Below are positions 13,169 to 25,567 of a stretch of DNA of 64,000 nt, piece after piece. Under the pieces are notes generated by a model. It saw nothing but the letters and a program-made list of their open reading frames with translations, made no database searches and was not told the DNA's origin. Both the position numbers and the translations under genes were made by a program. Source of the stretch: Eledone cirrhosa (Eukaryota); contig OZ024740.1 of the NCBI GenBank assembly GCA_964016885.1, positions 205,096,001 to 205,160,000 on the forward strand, given 5' to 3'. The first letter of the stretch is position 1. Each line of letters opens with the position of its first letter.

Positions 13169-13622
13169 CGCCAGAAGTCACGGTCGTGTGTCATTGACTT
13201 TGAGAGGTGTAGTTGGGTAAGGTCGGCTTTTATCACCTCATCCCAAGTCATCTTGGGTCTCCCCACTCCGCGGTTTCCATCAACTTCTAGTGCTCTGCAC
13301 CTTTTTATGCAGCTGTCATCCTTCATACGCATCACATGTCCATACCAGCGTAACCGCCTCTCCTGCACGCAGCATTTGATTCCTCTTATGCTCAGTCTCT
13401 CTCTCAATTCATTTATGCTTTGTCGTTCACGTATATTACTGTTACACATCCATCGGAGCATGCAGGCTTCGTTTCTCTCTAATCTACGTAGGTCTTCCAC
13501 CTTCAGCGCCCAGGTCTCACTACCATGCAACATCGCTGTTCGGATACACGCATCATACAGTCTGCCTTTCATTCTGAGGGAGAAGCCTTTTGCAGCTAGC
13601 AGTGGTAGTAGTTCCCTAAACT
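13169..13622 (-). mobile_element. RTE-B internal fragment
   Basis: ORF 13162-13572 matches the C-terminus of the 1039-aa ORF. Confidence 0.9.
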
Positions 13623-13625
13623 AAT

Positions 13626-13773
<148 letters not shown>

Positions 13774-13789
13774 ATATATATATAATATA

Positions 13790-14184
13790 TCATCATCATC
13801 ACCGTTTTACGTCCGTTCTTCCACGCTAGCATGGGTTAGATGGGTTGTCCTGTTGTGGGCAGTGTCTGGTCGGCTGACCATGCCTTGCTCATACAGGAAC
13901 TGATCTGGCTTGATTTCTACAGCTGGATGCCCTTCCTAACACCAACCTCATTTACAGTGAGTGCTGGGTGCTTTTTCGTGGCGCCTACACGTCCACTTTA
14001 CAGTGTGGGCTGGGTGCCTTTTTGCCGTGGCACCTCCACGACCACCTTGCGGTGGGGGGGGGGGCATATTGTTTATATGCTTCAGCATGTACCCATGGGA
14101 GGTCGGGTACCCTGTATTACTGCGTGACGCCAGAAGTCACGGTCGTGTGTCATTGACTTTGAGAGGTGTAGTTGGGTAAGGTCT
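13790..14184 (-). mobile_element. RTE-B 3' fragment
   Basis: Matches 45232-45635; (gat)n tail. Confidence 0.9.
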
Positions 14185-14353
14185 ATATATATATATATAA
14201 TATATATATATATAAAATATATATATATATATTATATATAATATATATAAAATATATATATATATATTATATATATATATATATATATTATATATAAAAT
14301 ATATATATATATATATTATATATATTATATATATATATATATATAATATATTA

Positions 14354-14449
<96 letters not shown>

Positions 14450-14469
14450 ATATATATATATATATATAT

Positions 14470-14513
<44 letters not shown>

Positions 14514-14529
14514 ATATATATATATATAT

Positions 14530-14568
<39 letters not shown>

Positions 14569-14573
<5 letters not shown>

Positions 14574-14856
14574 ATAGAATGTAGTGTACGGGAGAGGAGA
14601 CTGAGGTGGTATGGACATGTGATGCGCATGGAGGATGACCGATGGGTCAGGAATTGCCAGTTGAAGGAAGACGTGGTAGAGGTAGACCACGAAAAACATG
14701 GGCGGAGGTGGTGAGAACAGACCTCAGATCATTGAAACTCACGGTGGAGATGACGAGGGACCGTGACGAGTGGAGAGATGCTGTGCTGAATAAGACCCGT
14801 CCCACCCTTGCAAGCAGGGAAAAGCGGACGTAAAATGATGATGATGATGATGATGA
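14569..14856 (+). mobile_element. RTE-C 3' fragment
   Basis: RRLRWYGHV...GRPRKTW...SREKRT stop followed by (gat)n. Confidence 0.9.
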
Positions 14857-14921
14857 TATATATATATATTATATATATATATATAATATATATATATCAT
14901 ATATCATCATCATCATCATCA

Positions 14922-15858
14922 TCGTTTAACGTCCGTGTTCCAGGCTTGCATGGGTTTGGACGGGGGTTTTCCCACTTGAGGCAAGAGTGATTATCTTGCT
15001 CGCATAGGACTGTCTGGCGGGTTTTCTACAGCTGGATGCCCTTCCTAACACCAACCACATTTACAGTGTGGGGCTGGGAGGTTTTTACCGTGTTGCCTAC
15101 ACGGCCACATTACAGCGTGAACTGTGTGTTTTTTTGACGTGACACCTACACGATCTCATTTGTTTCGGCCTGGATGTTGTGGCACCAACATAACTTTACA
15201 TTGAAAGGGGCGGTGTGGATGGTGGGACGGGGGTGTATTTTGTTAGAGATGCCTACTGACTGTAGTAGGTTTTACTTTGTATTTAGGTAAGGCGGGTCTT
15301 CTCTATTACTGAGTACCGCCAAAGGTCTCGGTCCAGTGATATTGTCTTGGTGAGGTGTAAGTGTGTGAGGTCGGAATTTATCAGCTCGTCCCAGGTTTTT
15401 CTGGGTCTGCCTATTCCGTGGCTACCGTCTATCTTTATTGCCCTGCACTTTGTTATACAGCTATCGTCCTTCATGCGCATCACGTGACCATACCAACGTA
15501 GCCTTCTCTCGAGTAAACATCTGATCCCTCTTATTTTTAATTTTTTCCTTAGTTCGTTTATGCTTTGCCGTTCACGTATATTACTATTACACATCCAGTG
15601 GAGCATGCAAGCTTCGTTTCTCTCTAGTCTGCGTATATCCTCTGCACACAATGCCCAGGTCTCACTGCCATGCAATATTGCTGTTCGTATGCAGGCATCG
15701 TACAACCTGCCTTTCATTTTTAGGGAGAACCCTTTAGCGGCTAATAGTGGTATAAGCTCTCTGAACTTTTTCCATCCAGTTCTGACTCTAGCTACTGTAC
15801 TTTCAGAGCACCCTCCCCCACTGCTGATTTTGTCACCCAGGTAACGGAAGCTGTCCAC
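14922..15858 (-). mobile_element. RTE-A 3' fragment
   Basis: ORF 15283-15858 plus 3' UTR and (gat)n tail. Confidence 0.92.
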
Positions 15859-16441
15859 AAATATATATAATATATATTATATATATATACATATATATTA
15901 TATATATTATATATATATATATATTATATATATAATATATATATACATATATATTATATATATAATACATATATACATATATATTATATATATAATACAT
16001 ATATACATATATATTATATATATATATATATTATACATATTTCGTTTCTGAATTTGTTTAGCAAGATTCTTTATCTGAAATCGTGTGTTGAAACCGATAT
16101 TGTTATACTGTGGAACCAACCAACCAACCAACCAGAAATTTATAAGTTTGTAGATTTGTAGATTTATAAATTTATAAATATATAATAAATTGAAGTGAAA
16201 GCAACTGGTGCGTGTGTTTCTTATTGGCAACATGACCCTCCCAAAGTATAACAATATTATATATATATTATATATATAATATATATATACATATATATTA
16301 TATATACATATATATTATATATATATATATATTATATATATATATATAATATATATATACATATATATTATATATATATATATATATTATATATATATAT
16401 AATATATATATATAATATATATATATATTATATATATATAT

Positions 16442-16474
<33 letters not shown>

Positions 16475-16495
16475 CATATATATTATATATATATA

Positions 16496-16535
<40 letters not shown>

Positions 16536-16559
16536 TATATATATACATATATATTATTA

Positions 16560-16789
16560 TAGAAGTGGTGGATAGCTTCCGGTACCTAGGAGATCAGATT
16601 AGCATTGGAGGAGGGTGTTCCGAGGCCATAGTATCTAGAATAAGGACGGGTTGGAAGAAATTTAGGGAGATGCTTCCTCTGTTGACGAAGAAGGGTTTCT
16701 CCCTGCATACGAAAGGCTGGTTGTATGATGCCTGTGTGAGGAGCGCGATGCTGCATGGTAGTGAGACATGGGCAGCAACTGCAGAGGAT
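16560..16789 (+). mobile_element. RTE-C internal fragment
   Basis: VDSFRYLGDQIS...HGSETWAATAED matches ~34917-35147. Confidence 0.88.
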
Positions 16790-17381
16790 AAACATCTCTC
16801 TCCATATTATTTACTCACTTCAGTCTATATATTTTTTTACTCACCTCAATCCGGATTCTCACTTGAAACATTTTTTAATTTCTAATTGTTAATTTTTTAA
16901 TTGTTTAATTTATAATTTCTGATATTTGATTTAGGATTTTAATTTTTATTTCCAACTCTCACTCATAACTTCCAATGTAAAACCATGATACCTAGAATTA
17001 AGTTTATTTTCTCTTAGGAGTTGATATTCAGTCGTACTGTCCACGCTTGGTGAGAGGTAGTATTGTGACCTGTAAAAACTAACACTCAGCCATCCCCTCT
17101 GGCTTTCGGCTGACTGCCACAGTCGGGATGGGTAGCAGTAAACTATGGTACAGGCCTAAGTGGGTCATTGTTTGGCTGAGAGGGTGAAGTGACTAAGCAA
17201 ATTTTGTTGAAATCTGCGGTAGCTAATGGTCAACTTCCTTCGGACATGCGCCTGCGCAGACCGGTGGGGTGAATTGGTACTCACAGGGGAACGGATGAAG
17301 AACCCAAAAGCACACACTTCGTCCGTTCCCATGTCGATTCAATTTGGATTGCCTCGGAAACATAACCTTATTATGGAACAA

Positions 17382-17455
17382 GCTGTCTGATGATGTCACG
17401 ATACTCGCACACAGAACAGTGTGGCCAGTGTCGTCATTGAAATATATATCACAAC
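17382..17455 (+). ncRNA. Type I hammerhead motif with extended stem II (HH2 copy 1)
   Basis: gctgt CUGAUGA ...acgatact[...]agtgtcgt... GAAA tatata UC acaac. Confidence 0.62.
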
Positions 17456-18679
17456 ATTATTATTAAAGGACTTGAACATCTGAAACTACTTCGCTTTTCC
17501 TTATTTGATATTTACTCCGTCACTCCTATGTAGAAAAAGTACGTTGAGTGCTTGAATTGAATTGCATCAATGTTTACCCTAAGAATTTAGCTCCAATTAG
17601 TTGAGCGCTCTATGATGTAACCGATATGGTGGAGAAGAGAGGAACCAACCATGAGCTATCCCTGGAAATTCCCTCTACCATGGGATGGAAACCCCTGACA
17701 CTGGACGGACATAATAGCAACTTTCAGCAGGATAAATACGCGGAAACAAAAACTAAGATAAACCCCTATTTTCCTGCAACAAATCGCATTTGAACAGAAG
17801 ACCCCTCAATTCAATCTATACATTGACAAATTGACAATCATATGGATCATTTTGCATATATGTACTCTGTGTTTTTGCATTTATTCATTATTGGTTCTTT
17901 TCTTTTGTGTACTTTATGTCTGTTTTTCTTTGGTTTTGTTCCATGTGATGGAAATTATGACTGTGTACCAGATTGACTACTGCCTTGAATACTGTAGTTT
18001 ACCCTCCGTTCTAATGTACGGCACTATCGTTCAATATGTGGATAGTGTAACTGTGACATTAGAACCCCTCTCAGAACTTCTTACTTAAACATCTCTCTCC
18101 ATATTATTTACTCACTTCAGTCCATATATTCTTTTACTCACCTCAATCCGGATTCTCACTTGAAACATTTTTTAATTTCTAATTGTTAATTTTTTAATTG
18201 TTTAATTTATAATTTCTGATATTTGATTTAGGATTTTAATTTTTATTTCCAACTCTCACTCATAACTTCCAATGTAAAACCATGATACCTAGAATTAAGT
18301 TTATTTTCTCTTAGGAGTTGATGGTCAGTCGTACTGTCCACGCTTGGTGAGAGGTAGTATTGTGACCTGTAAAAATTAACACTCAGCCATCCCCTCTGGC
18401 TTTCGGCTGACTGCCACAGTCAGGATGGGTAGCAGTAAACTATGGTACAGGCCTAAGTGGGTCATTTTTTGGCTGAGAGGGTGAAGTGACTAAGCGAATT
18501 TCGTTGAAATCTGCGGTAGCTAATGGTTAACTTCCTTCGGACATGCGCCTGCGCAGACTGGTGGGGGTGAATTGGTACTCACAGGGGAACGGATGAAGAA
18601 CCCAAGAGTACACACTTCGTCCGTTCCCATGTCGATTCAATTTGGATTGCCTCGGAAACATAACCTTATTATGTAACAA

Positions 18680-18753
18680 GCTGTCTGATGATGTCATGAC
18701 ACTCGCACACAGAACAGTGTGGCCAGTGTCATCATTGAAATATATATCACAGC
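18680..18753 (+). ncRNA. Type I hammerhead motif (HH2 copy 2)
   Basis: gctgt CUGAUGA ...atgacact[...]agtgtcat... GAAA tatata UC acagc. Confidence 0.7.
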
Positions 18754-18767
18754 ATTATTATTAAAGG

Positions 18768-18952
18768 GCGGTGGATTGGCAGTATCGGTAGAGGGTCTGA
18801 CGCTATGCTTTGCAGCAAAGAGTTACGTCCCTTTATGGTTTGAGTTCAAATCCCGCCGAGGTTAACTTTGCCTTTCATCCTTACGGGGTCGATAAAATAA
18901 AGTACCAGTAATGCACTGGATAATTGCTGGCCTTGTGCCAAAAGTAGAAACA
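18768..18952 (+). mobile_element. tRNA-derived Meta-like SINE with target-site duplication
   Basis: Flanked by attattattaaagg at 18754-18767 and 18953-18966; absent from the first tandem copy. Confidence 0.88.
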
Positions 18953-19023
18953 ATTATTATTAAAGGAGTTGAATATCTGAAACTACTTCGCTTTTCCTTA
19001 TTCTATATATATATATAGAATAA

Positions 19024-19297
19024 GAGAGGAGACTGAGGTGGTATGGACATGTGATGCGCATGGAGGATGACCAATGGGTGAAGAAGTGCCAGGAAATGCC
19101 AGTTGAAGGAAGACGTGGTAGAGGTAGACCACGAAAAACATGGGCGGAGGTGGTGAGAACAGACCTCAGATCATTGAAGCTCACGGTGGAGATGACGAGG
19201 GACCGTGACGAGTGGAGAGATGCTGTGCTGAATAAGACCCATCCCACCCTTGCAAGCAGGGAAAAGCGGACGTAACATGATGATGATGATGATGATG

Positions 19298-19298
<1 letters not shown>
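19024..19298 (+). mobile_element. RTE-C 3' fragment
   Basis: ORF 19051-19275 ending SREKRT, then (gat)n. Confidence 0.9.
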
Positions 19299-19329
<31 letters not shown>

Positions 19330-19332
<3 letters not shown>

Positions 19333-19435
19333 TATTAAAATAACAGATTAAAGTTTAAGCAAAGAATCGCTGCTTTCACCCTTAACGGGATCTTCTGAAA
19401 CTTTGCTTAAACTTTAATCTGTTATTTTAATAAAT
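19330..19435. repeat. Short fold-back with ~35-bp arms
   Basis: atttattaaaataacagattaaagtttaagcaaag / ctttgcttaaactttaatctgttattttaataaat. Confidence 0.8.
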
Positions 19436-19757
19436 ATTTGCTCTACGGTTCTTATATATATATATATTATATATTTATCCTTATCGAGCCCTCTTTGGAT
19501 TTTAGTCTTCAAATTTATTATTATTACTATATATATATATATATATTATTGCTATTTTGCTGAACTCCTTTGTAGAGTTTTTTTCAGAATGTATTTGACT
19601 GCTATTTCTTGTAAATAAACATTCACTTCCATCCTGACGTCACTAGCCCCGTTTTTTCCTCATGTGCTTTTTCATAAATACACATGAAGGCGAACTAGCC
19701 AGTTTTAGAATTCCCTTTTTCGGATTATACTACTGTGAGAGCCCTGGTTTCTGTTGA

Positions 19758-19838
19758 GCTCTGCTGATGAATGAAATCCAACCGTGACCATCTCCACTGA
19801 AAGTTTTCATGAAATAGTCTTTTAAGACTATACAGAGC
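19758..19838 (+). ncRNA. Type I hammerhead ribozyme (HH3 copy 1)
   Basis: gctctg CUGAUGA atgaaa...tttcat GAAA tagtct-ttta-agacta UA cagagc; all three stems form. Confidence 0.85.
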
Positions 19839-20384
19839 ATTTGATGTTATTCCAAATTAAAGGATAAGTGTTTCAAACTTTATTTTATCATGAGTTAAAG
19901 GTCTATAGATTTTTCCCTGGATTTTACTAAATTCTGTGGATGAATTTATATCCTGATTCTCTTTTGAGATGAGTTTGAGTTATTTTTCCTAAATCTTTCG
20001 TTAACTACTTTTCCCATCTTGACGTTATAGTCGCATATATGTTATAGAATGCCGTTAGCTTCTTGCTAAAACAATCTCTATACCTCTCATTTATATTTAT
20101 ACTCGGATTCTTTTCCTAGAGTGCTTAAACTATCTGTGATTAATCCCGGTTTTTTTCATAAAAACTGTGATAATTATTGCTATTTTGCTGAACTCCTTTG
20201 TAGAGTTTTTTTCAGAATGTATTTGACTGCTATTTCTTGTAAATAAACATTCACTTCCATCCTGACGTCACTAGCCCCGTTTTTCCTCATGTGCTTTTTC
20301 ATAAATACACATGAAGGCGAACTAGCCAGTTTTAGAATTCCCTTTTTCGGATTATACTACTGTGAGAGCCCTGGTTTCTGTTGA

Positions 20385-20465
20385 GCTCTGCTGATGAATG
20401 AAATCCAACCGTGACCATCTCCACTGAAAGTTTTCATGAAATAGTCTTTTAAGACTATACAGAGC
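20385..20465 (+). ncRNA. Type I hammerhead ribozyme (HH3 copy 2)
   Basis: Identical to 19758-19838. Confidence 0.85.
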
Positions 20466-20715
20466 ATTTGATGTTATTCCAAATTGAAGGATAAGTGTTT
20501 CAAACTTTATTTTATCATGAGTTAAAGGTCTATAGATTTTTCCCTGGATTTTACTAAATTCTGTGGATGAATTTATATCCTGATTCTCTTTTGAGATGAG
20601 TTTGAGTTATTTTTCCTAAATCTTTCGTTAACTACTTTTCCCATCTTGACGTTATAGTCGCATATATGTTATAGAATGCTGTTAGCTTCTTGCTAAAACA
20701 ATCTCTATACCTCTC

Positions 20716-20747
<32 letters not shown>

Positions 20748-20752
<5 letters not shown>

Positions 20753-20986
20753 TGTAATAAACAACATAAGGCAATTATTCCATTTACCAGTGGTTTCTTA
20801 AAAGCAAAAAATTTTGCTTTCAATCCTCAGAATGAAAAAATCCTGGTCTGTTTATTGAATTTGGATTTTAAAAACAAAAATGCAATCTATATGAAAGTGA
20901 GGCTGGAGAAAGAAGAAGGAAAGGAAAAATAAAATAAAACCACACATGCAAACACACACACACACACAAAAGGATACATACACACT

Positions 20987-21033
<47 letters not shown>

Positions 21034-21454
21034 TCATACATACACACACATATACACATATATATGTGTATATAAATATATAAATACACACATACACACA
21101 TAAATATCAACACATCCATACATACACATACATATATACAACCACACACACATATATACACACGTACATACATACACATACATAAATGCGTACATATGCA
21201 TGTACAAAATTAGAAAAATATACACACCTCTACATATTCACACACGCAAATAATTATAAGAAAAAATATATATAAAAAATAAAATAATAAACAGTTGACA
21301 GCGATACAAGCGACGAGTAGATGAATAGACACACGTGGTAAGCAATACACACAAATGCATGTACACATACGTACGAAAAAGTAAATACATACACACACTC
21401 TCACACATAAATATACATATACAAATACATAAACACATACATACACATACACAA

Positions 21455-21485
<31 letters not shown>

Positions 21486-21510
21486 TATATACACACACAT
21501 ATATATAAAT
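20748..21510 (-). mobile_element. HH4 element, microsatellite-rich; hammerhead at 20778-20836 (-)
   Basis: Reverse-complement match to 26740-27680; minus strand reads catt CUGAGGA ttgaaagcaaa...tttgcttttaa GAAA ccactgg UA aatg. Confidence 0.78.
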
Positions 21511-21520
21511 ATATATATAT

Positions 21521-24500
21521 ATAAATTAATAAAAATAATGAATAAACAAAGAAACAGTTCCTTATATTAAAAATTCATCATTTTACGATCGTTTCTAGGA
21601 TATATATGTTAGTGTTGGTATGCATATCCTATAGATCTATGTAAAATTTTAACAAACTATCAGAAGGAATATACATACCTACACATATATATGCTGTCTT
21701 CAGAAATAATTGTTTCTACTTTTGGCACAAGGCCAACAATTGCCCAGTGCATTACTGGTACTTTATTTTATCGACCCCGTAAGGATGAAAGGCAAAGTTA
21801 ACCTCGGCGGGATTTGAACTCAGAATGGCAAGGGCCGTAACTCTATGCGTCAAAGCATGGCGTCTGACCCTCTACCGATACTGCCAATTCACTAGAAATA
21901 ATGATATTTGTTTATTGAAAAAAACCAACAAAGATTTAATACAATAGGTCTGTTTGGGAACAGGTTTTGAATTGACCAATAGAAAGATAGTGAAGGTCAA
22001 GATGGTAAAATAGTAGTAAAAGAACCTTAATTTAGGGGTAGAGGAAGGTAGATTTCAGTTTTGGATGGAAAGAATATTATGAATGAAAGATTATTTTAGG
22101 GATGAAAATAGGTCATATGCTGTCTTCAGAAATAATTATATTTGTTCATTGAATAAAACCAACAAAGATTTAATATAATAGGTTTGTTTGGGAACAGGTT
22201 TTGAATTGACCAATAGAAAGGTAATAACTGGCTAAATGGTAAAATAGTAGTAATGGAACTTTAATTTAGGGGTAGAAGAAGGCAGATTTCAGTTTTGAAT
22301 GGAAGGAGTATGAAGAATGAAAAGGTTATTTTAGGGGTGAAAATAGGTCAGGTCGGTAAAAATGTACACGAAAAATTGCTGTTATAAAAGAATAATGCCA
22401 ATGTAAATATCTAAGGAGACTAAAATTTTACGATAAAAGTGTTAGTGAAAAAAATATATATATGGAATTTACATCTATGAAAAGAAAGTAAATTAATTAA
22501 ATTGATAGGTATATTTATATTGATAAAATTATATTAATGCATATAGATATGATAAATAAGAGTTAGATGTAATTGAAGAGTGCTGTTAAAGACGAGGGGA
22601 AATAAAAAAAATATATATATATAATTATTGGGGGGGGGGGGGGGAGGGGGTTACATTTATTAGTGAGAAATAACAAATATATAGAGATTACAAGGAACAT
22701 AGAATCATAACCTGAAATTAAAACAGTATATATGTATACTTAATGGTATAAATTTTAGGAAAAGATAGTTGTAAAAAGGAAAATAAAATTATGTGGTTCA
22801 TTAGTAGTAGAATATTAATTATAGGTTAACTAAATTTAAAAAAATGTTATTATAATAATTTCTAAAGTGTATATTAATTAGGTTTATAATATTTAAAGGT
22901 TTTTCTCAGTTTATGATTACACGATATTAAAATTTTTTTTAGGTATATTATCTTTAATTTGTAAATTAAATGGAGCATTATACCAAGTAACTTCGTCTAT
23001 TACGGTTTCGATGTTGCTTATTATTTTTATAGGATGTATCCTGATGTTTATTAAGAGAATTATTGTTAATGACTTCACCACACACATTTTTAGTTAGATT
23101 CATTGATTTAGGTGTTTTAGCTTGTTTATTAGGAGTTTTACTATTAACATTTATTAGAGTAGTAGGATGAATATTTTTTTGAGAGGATATCCTATTAAAT
23201 AAGCGACAGGAATTAATAATATCGTGTAATCATAAACTGAGAAAAACCTTTAAATATTATAAACCTAATTAATATACACTTTAGAAATTATTATAATAAC
23301 ATTTTTTTAAATTTAGTTAACCTATAATTAATATTCTACTACTAATGAACCACATAATTTTATTTTCCTTTTTACAACTATCTTTTCCTAAAATTGATAC
23401 CATTAAGTATACATATATACTGTTTTAATTTCAGGTTATGATTCTATGTTCCTTGTAATCTCTATATATTTGTTATTTCTCACTAATAAATTTAACCCCC
23501 CCCCCCCCATAATTATATATATATATTTTTTTTATTTCCCCTCGTCTTTAACAGCACTCTTCAATTACATCTAACTTTTATTTATCATATCTATATGTAT
23601 TAATATAATTTTATCAATATAAATATACCTATCAATTTAATTAATTTACTTTCTTTCATAGATGTAAATTCCATATATATATTTTTTTCACTAACACTTT
23701 TATCGTAAAATTTTAGTCTCCTTAGATATTTACATTGGCATTATTCTTTTATAACAGCAATTTTTTGTGTACCTTTTACTGACCTGACCTATTTTCACCC
23801 CTAAAATAACCTTTTCATTCTTCATACTCCTTCAATTCAAAACTGAAATCTGCCTTCTTCTACCCCTAAATTAAAGTTCCATTACTACTATTTTACCATT
23901 TAGCCAGTTATTACCTTTCTATTGGTCAATTCAAAACCTGTTCCCAAACAGACCTATTATATTAAATCTTTGTTGGTTTTATTCAATGAGCAAATATAAT
24001 TATTTCTGAAGACAGCATAAGACCTATTTTCATCCCTAAAATAATCTTTCATTCATAATATTCTTTCCATCCAAAACTGAAATCTACCTTCCTCTACCCC
24101 TAAATTAAGGTTCTTTTACTATTTTACCATCTTGACCTTCACTATCTTTCTATTGGTCAATTCAAAACCTGTTCCCAAACAGACCTATTGTATTAAATCT
24201 TTGTTGGTTTTTTTCAATAAACAAATATCATTATTTCTAGTGAATTGGCAGTATCGGTAGAGGGTCAGACGCCATGCTTTGACACATAGAGTTACGACCC
24301 TTGCCATTCTGAGTTCAAATCCCGCCGAGGTTAACTTTGCCTTTCATCCTTACGGGATCGATAAAATAAAGTACCAGTAATGCACTGGGCAATTGCTGGC
24401 CTTGTGCCAAAAGTAGAAACAATTATTTCTGAAGACAGCATATATATGTGTAGGTATGTATATTCCTTCTGTTAGTTTGTAAAAATTTTACATAGATCTA

Positions 24501-24612
24501 TAGGATATGCATACCAACACTAACATATATATCCTAGAAACGATCGTAAAATGATGAATTTTTTAATATAAGGAACTGTTTCTTTGTTTATTCATTATTT
24601 TTATTAATTTAT
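21521..24612. repeat. Long inverted repeat (~1.4-kb arms, ~290-bp spacer) derived from a Naiad-like Penelope element
   Basis: 21521-22929 is the reverse complement of 23217-24612. The minus strand encodes TWYNAPFNLQIKDNIPKK in the spacer and LISCNHKLRKTFKYYKPN-stop at the arm boundary. Both arms carry the same Meta-like SINE (~21705-21893, ~24238-24428). Confidence 0.85.
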
Positions 24613-25223
24613 CTTGACTCTGTTTTCCTGTATTTTTCATCGAAAAAATTTTTTTGAATACATCTTCTCTTTTCATGATATTCGGATTACATTGAGTTCT
24701 TCATACGGATTGGACACTACAGTACATTTTGGTAGATTTATCTACATATATATATATATATATAAATAAGTAACATCCCGTACTCTATCGATTGGTCTAT
24801 CTTAGACCATTCGAGGGAGTACCAAAGGGGCACAAAGAATTGTTCTTTGTGTACCACAGAAAAATATAGGATTTTGCTAAACTTGAGAGCCACTTCTGTT
24901 TGCCTAAACTCAAAGACCGAGATCTTCAGATGTTGTCCTCATCTGAAATCACATCTGATCTGTAACTGGATTGACACTCCTATGATAAATCAACCACCTT
25001 GAACTCCTTCTCTGCTCTTTACTTCTGCTACGGTTTTTTTAATTTGCTGAATCCACATTCTGTACTCTTGTATTCTGTTTCTCCCTTATCTCCCCTTATT
25101 TTTCACCTTTTCCTATGCCCCCCCCCCCATATATTCTTTTTGCCTTACCCTTCACATACCAAAATGTATATGTATGTATGTGTATGTGTATATATATATA
25201 TATGTAGATAGACCAGGTTTTTT

Positions 25224-25283
25224 TTCATTCTGAGGATTGAAGGCAACATTTTTTTGCTTTTAAGAAACCACTGGTGAATGGAA
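25224..25283 (+). ncRNA. Hammerhead motif HH4, probably inactive
   Basis: catt CUGAGGA ...GAAA ccactgg UG aatg; the cleavage triplet GUG breaks the NUH rule. Confidence 0.6.
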
Positions 25284-25390
25284 TAATTGCCTAATGTTGT
25301 TTATTACATTACTACTATATATATGTATATATAAGGTTCATATGAATTATCTAAGATTGAGTTTTACACACACACATATATATGTGTATG

Positions 25391-25421
<31 letters not shown>

Positions 25422-25567
25422 GTTTGTATTTGGTTGTGCGTGTTTGTGATATGTATGTATTTGTATGTGAATAATTGTATAGCTATGTATGTATGTGTGT
25501 GTGTATGTATATATATATATGTGTGTGTATATGTGTGTGTATTTATATATATATATATATATATATA

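Larger units (their letters stand above)
16789..19003 (+). mobile_element. Non-coding hammerhead-bearing tandem element HH2 (~1297-nt unit, ~1.55 copies)
   Basis: taaacatctctctccatattatttac starts at 16789 and again at 18086; the second copy is interrupted by a SINE. Confidence 0.8.
19545..20722 (+). mobile_element. Retrozyme-like tandem element HH3 (~627-nt unit, ~1.9 copies)
   Basis: Near-identical direct repeat starting at 19545 and 20173; one hammerhead per unit; diverged copy at ~56235-56750. Confidence 0.85.

Noticed and set aside
16038-16255. Short unique island between TA arrays
   Set aside because: Probably another element fragment, but no ribozyme, ORF or repeat partner could be identified
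19365-19400. Minus-strand cagaaga-tccc-gtta-aggg-t-gaaa in the small fold-back loop
   Set aside because: Core and cleavage site are non-canonical; not counted as a ribozyme
24465-24555. GAAA-cgatcg-TA after a taggatat/atatccta stem in the palindrome arms
   Set aside because: No CUGANGA-like core next to the stem; at most a decayed hammerhead, so not counted
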